NCBI GenBank assembly: GCA_027335685.1
Contig: DAHWHN010000132.1
Span: 1 to 45,872 of the forward strand
DNA from: Acidimicrobiaceae bacterium
Lineage (GTDB): Bacteria > Actinomycetota > Acidimicrobiia > Acidimicrobiales > Bog-793
Length of the DNA: 45,872 nt
Direction of reading: 5' to 3'
Part shown: positions 42,246 through 45,872 of the stretch, piece after piece
Layout of the letters: every line of letters begins with the position of its first letter
How positions within the stretch are numbered: the stretch's first letter is position 1
Notes under the pieces: generated by a model
Told to the model about the DNA's origin: nothing
What the model saw: only the letters and a program-made list of their open reading frames with translations
Databases searched by the model: none
Translations under genes and position numbers: made by a program

Positions 42246-42995
42246 GTGTCCGGACATTCGAAGTGGGCGACGACCAAGCACCAGAAGGGTGCGAAGGACA
42301 AGGCCCGGGGCAAGCTCTTCGCGAAGCTGATCCGCCAGGTGGAGGTCGCCGCGCGCGAAGGCGGCGGCGACATGACGTCGAACGCGACCCTGCGGACGAT
42401 GTTCCAGAAGGCGCGTGACGCGTCGGTGCCCATCGACACGATCGAGCGAGCCGTCAAGCGCGGGACCGGTGAGCTCGAAGGCGTCCGGTACGAGGCGATC
42501 TCCTACGAGGGATACGCCGCGTCGGGCGTCGCGGTCATCGTCGAGTGCCTGACGGACAACCGCAACCGCACGGGGTCGGAGATCCGGGCGATCTTCTCGC
42601 GCAACGGCGGCTCGATGGCCGAGCCCGGAGCGGTCTCCTGGCAGTTCGAGCGCAAGGGCGTCGTGACCTTGCCGCGCAGCCTCGCGGAGGACGACCTGAT
42701 GGCAGCGGTCCTCGACGCCGGTGCGGAGGACCTACGCGACGAGGGCGAGAACTGGGTCGTCTACACCCCGCCGCACGACCTCGCGCAGGTCCGGGGAGCG
42801 CTCGAGGAGGCCGGCATCGCGATCGACTCGGCCGAGCTGCAGATGGTGCCGACGACGACGGTCGAGGTCGCGGACGAGGGCACCGCCCGCAAGGTCCTCC
42901 ACCTGCTCGAACTGCTCGAAGAGCACGACGACACGGACAACGTGTGGTCGAACTTCGACATCCCGGACGCGATCCTCGAGCAGGTGAGCGCCTGA
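42246..42995 (+). CDS. yebC: YebC/PmpR-family transcriptional regulator
   Basis: SGHSKWATTKHQKGAKDKARGKLFAKL..., NRNRT. GTG lies after GGGAGGA. Confidence 0.9.
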   Translation: MSGHSKWATTKHQKGAKDKARGKLFAKLIRQVEVAAREGGGDMTSNATLRTMFQKARDASVPIDTIERAVKRGTGELEGVRYEAISYEGYAASGVAVIVECLTDNRNRTGSEIRAIFSRNGGSMAEPGAVSWQFERKGVVTLPRSLAEDDLMAAVLDAGAEDLRDEGENWVVYTPPHDLAQVRGALEEAGIAIDSAELQMVPTTTVEVADEGTARKVLHLLELLEEHDDTDNVWSNFDIPDAILEQVSA

Positions 42996-43053
42996 GGCTC
43001 GCACGTCGCGGGGCTCGTCGGGTCCGCCGGTGCGAGCGCGCGCCGCGGTAGCA

Positions 43054-43069
43054 TCGAACGCATGTTTGT
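43054..43069. promoter_or_regulatory. LexA (SOS) box-like site overlapping the ruvC start
   Basis: TCGAAC-GCAT-GTTTGT compared with the actinobacterial consensus TCGAAC-N4-GTTCGA (10 of 12 positions). TAGCAT (43049-43054) fits a TANNNT -10 element, 7 nt before ATG 43062. Confidence 0.45.
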
Positions 43070-43619
43070 GCTCGGGATCGACCCCGGCCTGTCACGCTGC
43101 GGCTACGGCTGCGTCGCGCTGGACGGCGGGCGCGAGCGGGCCGTCGCAGCCGGGGTCGTCACGACCGACCGCGAGCTCGCCGTGCCGGAGCGCCTCGCGA
43201 CGCTCCGGGGCGACCTGCGCGAGCTCGTGGTCGAGCTCGCGCCCGACGTGGTCGTCGTCGAGCGGGTCTTTTTCCAGACCAACGTGCGCACGGCGATGTC
43301 GGTCGGCCAGGCGAGCGGCGTCGCGCTGCTCACGGCCTCGGAGGCGGGGTGCGACATCGCCGAGTACAGCTCGAACGAGGTGAAGCTCGCCGTGGCCGGC
43401 TACGGCTCGGCGACCAAAGAGCAGGTCCAGCGGATGGTCGCGACGCTCCTCGGCCTCGGGCAGCCGCCTCGGCCGCCCGATGCCGCGGACGCTCTCGCGC
43501 TCGCGCTCTGCCACATCGCGACGTCGCGGACGTCGCGCCTCGGCGTGGTCGGGGTCGCTCGGCGTGCCGGGGCTGGCCTCCCTGCCGGGGCCGGCGGTGC
43601 AGCTGGGGTGGCGCGGTGA
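43062..43619 (+). CDS. ruvC: crossover junction endodeoxyribonuclease RuvC
   Basis: VLGIDPGLSRCGYG, VVVERVFF, GYGSATKEQVQ, DAADALALALCH. Confidence 0.9.
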   Translation: MFVLGIDPGLSRCGYGCVALDGGRERAVAAGVVTTDRELAVPERLATLRGDLRELVVELAPDVVVVERVFFQTNVRTAMSVGQASGVALLTASEAGCDIAEYSSNEVKLAVAGYGSATKEQVQRMVATLLGLGQPPRPPDAADALALALCHIATSRTSRLGVVGVARRAGAGLPAGAGGAAGVAR

Positions 43620-44245
43620 TCGGCTCGCTGCGCGGCGAGCTCGCCGAGCGCGTGAGCGGCGAGACCGCGGCCGATCTCGTGGTCGACGTCGGCGGCGTCG
43701 GCTACCGCGTGCTCGTCGGGAACCGCTGCGCGGCCGGCCTCGGCGCCCTCGGCGCGACGGTCGCCCTCGCGATCCACACGCACGTCCGCGAGGGGGCGAT
43801 CACCCTCTACGGCTTCGCCGAGCCGTCGGAGCGCCGTGCCTTCGAGCTGCTGATCGGCGCGCACGGCATCGGACCGGCGCTCGCTCTCGCCATCCTCGGC
43901 GCCTACTCGCCCGCGGAGCTCGCGCGCCTCGTCGCAGCGGAGGACCTCGACGGTCTCGCGCTCGTGCCCGGGGTCGGGCGCAAGACGGCTGCGCGGCTCG
44001 TCGTCGAGCTCGGCCAGCGGGTCGACGAGCTCGCCGGGTCGGGTGCCATCGCGGCTGGCGCCGGGGCCCCGTCCGGGCAACGTGTGCGGGCGAGCGGCAC
44101 ACGCGGCGAGGTCGCCGAGGCGCTCGCAGCCCTCGGCTACGGACCCGAGGAGGTGCGCGGCGCGCTCGCGAGCGTCGCCGAGGACGGGAGCGTCGAGTCC
44201 CAGCTGCGCGCCGCTCTGCGCGAGCTCGCGCCGGCTCGCCGGTGA
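43616..44245 (+). CDS. ruvA: Holliday junction branch migration complex subunit RuvA
   Basis: VIGSLRGEL...GVGYRV, LYGF, LIGAHGIGPALALAIL, VPGVGRKTAARL. The GTG overlaps the ruvC TGA (GTGA). Confidence 0.9.
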   Translation: MIGSLRGELAERVSGETAADLVVDVGGVGYRVLVGNRCAAGLGALGATVALAIHTHVREGAITLYGFAEPSERRAFELLIGAHGIGPALALAILGAYSPAELARLVAAEDLDGLALVPGVGRKTAARLVVELGQRVDELAGSGAIAAGAGAPSGQRVRASGTRGEVAEALAALGYGPEEVRGALASVAEDGSVESQLRAALRELAPARR

Positions 44246-44273
44246 GCGGCCGCCGGCCCCCGGAGCGACGCCG

Positions 44274-45446
44274 GTGAGCCCTCGCCGCGAGGTTCTCGTC
44301 CCGACCGGTGACCCAGCCGCCGCGCCGGCAGCTGACGCGGCGGTCGCGGGCGCCTCCCGAGCTGTCGTGCACGCCGGTGGGCTCGAGGGGCAGCGGGCCG
44401 TCGAGCTCAGCGCGGACGAGGGTGACGAGAACGTCGAGACGGGGATCCGCCCGCGCCGGCTCGCGGAGTTCGTCGGCCAGTCTGCGGTCCGGAGCCATCT
44501 CGAGGTCGTGCTCGAGGCCGCCCGCCGTCGTGGCCAGCCGGTCGACCACCTGCTCTTCGCCGGTCCTCCGGGACTCGGCAAGACGACGCTCGCGGGCATC
44601 GTCGCGGCCGAGATGGGTGCCGGGCTCCGCGTGACCTCCGGGCCGGCGCTTGCCCGAGGGGGCGACATCGCCGCGTTGCTGAGCGACATGCAGCCGAGTG
44701 ACGTGCTGTTCATCGACGAGATCCACCGCTTGAACCGGGCGGTCGAGGAGATCCTCTACCCGGCGATGGAGGACTACCAGATCGACGTCGTGATCGGCAA
44801 GGGTCCCGCCGCGCGCTCGGTCCGCCTCGAGCTGCCGCCGTTCACCCTCGTCGGGGCCACGACTCGCACCGGCTTGCTGACCGGGCCGCTGCGGGACAGG
44901 TTCGGCTTCATCGAGACCCTCGAGCTCTACTCCACGGTCGAGCTCGAGCAGATCGTGCACCGCAGCGCCCGGCTGCTCGGCGTGGCCTGCGACGACGCCG
45001 GCGCCGCGGAGATCGCACGGCGGTCGCGCGGGACGCCGCGCCTCGCGATCCGGCTCTTGCGGCGCGTCCGCGACTACGTCGAGGTGAAGGGGGACGGTGC
45101 CATCTCCGGCGCGTCGGCCCGGGAGGGTTGCGCGCACTTCGGCGTCGACGAGCTCGGACTCGACGGCCTCGACAAGCGCCTGCTCCACGTGCTCTGCGTC
45201 GGCTTCGCCGGCAGGCCGGTCGGCCTCACGACGCTCGCGATGAGCGTCGGCGAGGAGCCGGAGACGATCGAGGACGTCTACGAGCCGTACCTCGTGCAGT
45301 CCGGGCTCGTCATGCGGACACCCCGGGGGCGGGTTCCCGGGCCGGCCGCGTGGACCCATCTCGGCCTCACCGATCCGGCCCTTGCCGACGACGTCGGAGC
45401 CGCGCGACGCGACGAACAGCCGCCGACGCTGTTCGCCGAGGGCTGA
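44274..45446 (+). CDS. ruvB: Holliday junction branch migration DNA helicase RuvB
   Basis: LRP-like IRPRRLAEFVGQ, GPPGLGKTTLA, LFIDEIHRL, YPAMEDYQIDVVIGKG, GTPRLAIRLLRRVRD. GTG 44274 lies after GGAG. GTG 44367 is the alternative start. Confidence 0.9.
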   Translation: MSPRREVLVPTGDPAAAPAADAAVAGASRAVVHAGGLEGQRAVELSADEGDENVETGIRPRRLAEFVGQSAVRSHLEVVLEAARRRGQPVDHLLFAGPPGLGKTTLAGIVAAEMGAGLRVTSGPALARGGDIAALLSDMQPSDVLFIDEIHRLNRAVEEILYPAMEDYQIDVVIGKGPAARSVRLELPPFTLVGATTRTGLLTGPLRDRFGFIETLELYSTVELEQIVHRSARLLGVACDDAGAAEIARRSRGTPRLAIRLLRRVRDYVEVKGDGAISGASAREGCAHFGVDELGLDGLDKRLLHVLCVGFAGRPVGLTTLAMSVGEEPETIEDVYEPYLVQSGLVMRTPRGRVPGPAAWTHLGLTDPALADDVGAARRDEQPPTLFAEG

Positions 45447-45566
45447 TCGCCGAGGCCAGGCTCCCGAGGGCAGGTCGCAGGGTCGAGATCGCGCCGTCGT
45501 GCGGTCCCGCGCGCTGCCGACGAGGCCGATCTGGCGACCCGGCGGGCGAGGCCAGCAGGTCGCGGC

Positions 45567-45586
45567 TACAGTGCGACGCGCACTGT
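45567..45586 (+). promoter_or_regulatory. TACAGT -10-like hexamer embedded in an 8-bp inverted repeat upstream of yajC
   Basis: TACAGT at 45567-45572. ACAGTGCG-ACG-CGCACTGT at 45568-45586. It ends 21 nt (45587-45607) upstream of the yajC ATG at 45608. Confidence 0.3.
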
Positions 45587-45607
45587 CCGCCTGACGACTG
45601 GTCCCCG

Positions 45608-45872
45608 ATGCCTGCTCTGCTGTCGAAGCTCCAACTTGTTCACCTTGCCCCGGTCCTCGGCGCTGCGGCGGCGAAGAAGTCGACCGGCTCGCCGGTCTTC
45701 TTGATCCTGATCGTCGTCATGGTCGGCGTCTACCTGCTCTGGCTCAGGCCCCAACGCAAGCGGCAGCAGGCCCAGATGCGTGAGCGGCAGCAGGCCGAGG
45801 TGGGCGACGACGTCGTCACGGCTGCCGGCATCTACGGCAAGGTCGTCGCGATCGACGGCGACCGCGTCTCGG
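45608..45872 (+). CDS. yajC: preprotein translocase subunit YajC (3' end outside window)
   Basis: MPALLSKLQ...FLILIVVMVGVYLLWLRPQRKRQQ...VGDDVVTAAGIYGKVVAIDGDRVS. It sits in the conserved position after ruvB. Confidence 0.8.
   Translation, partial: MPALLSKLQLVHLAPVLGAAAAKKSTGSPVFLILIVVMVGVYLLWLRPQRKRQQAQMRERQQAEVGDDVVTAAGIYGKVVAIDGDRVS

Noticed and set aside
1-45872. Mobile elements, integrases, transposases, toxin-antitoxin pairs or defence systems
   Set aside because: No ORF in any frame shows integrase, transposase, nuclease-helicase or other defence signatures that I can recognise. G+C looks uniform by eye, with no obviously foreign-looking island. The patatin gene has no adjacent cyclase or sensor partner that would suggest a CBASS-like system.

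Overview
The window is a very high-G+C chromosomal segment, by eye well above 70% G+C, and looks actinobacterial. I called about 45 protein genes and found no rRNA, tRNA, CRISPR array or recognisable mobile element. All family and motif assignments are by-eye recognition with no database search. Many long Arg/Ala/Pro-rich ORFs in the six-frame track are antisense shadows of real genes and were not called.

Gene content from left to right:
- 1-188: the tail of a glycine-rich PGRS-like repeat protein.
- 254-7691, minus strand: a tightly overlapped six-gene LacI-linked sugar-oxidation operon built around a DUF993 protein. It encodes Gfo/Idh/MocA, a xylose-isomerase-like TIM barrel, LacI, DUF993, a D-2-hydroxyacid dehydrogenase, and a GMC flavoprotein fused to a small-subunit-like domain. 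A perfect 18-bp palindrome sits in its promoter region.
- 7928-10742: rhaM followed by a three-ORF split UxaA-family dehydratase.
- 10873-12989: a TauE/DUF1634/GntR unit.
- 12964-19878: ygiD, a DHA2 MFS pump coupled to a DUF1876 gene, an SDR, a patatin-like lipase, a rhodanese sulfurtransferase and an orphan soluble PAS-MCP.
- 19983-27962: pncB, an MFS gene, araB-araD plus an araM/egsA-like gene interrupted by an in-frame TAG, and an aldo-keto reductase.
- 28112-34116: a cfa/DUF1295 pair, bcp, an MFS gene, an F420-reductase-like gene and mshC.
- 34181-45872: the conserved actinobacterial block thrS-HIT-(DinB-like)-pgsA-acyltransferase-pimA ... yebC-ruvCAB-yajC. As I recall, this order matches the M. 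tuberculosis Rv2614c-Rv2588c region.

Most notable observations:
- The DUF993-centred operon.
- The complementary-degenerate three-part UxaA enzyme.
- The amber-interrupted araM.
- A PIM-pathway acyltransferase with no canonical start codon, joined to the upstream gene by a CTGA junction.
- Several short tandem-repeat arrays in intergenic regions.
- A LexA-box-like site across a probably leaderless ruvC start.
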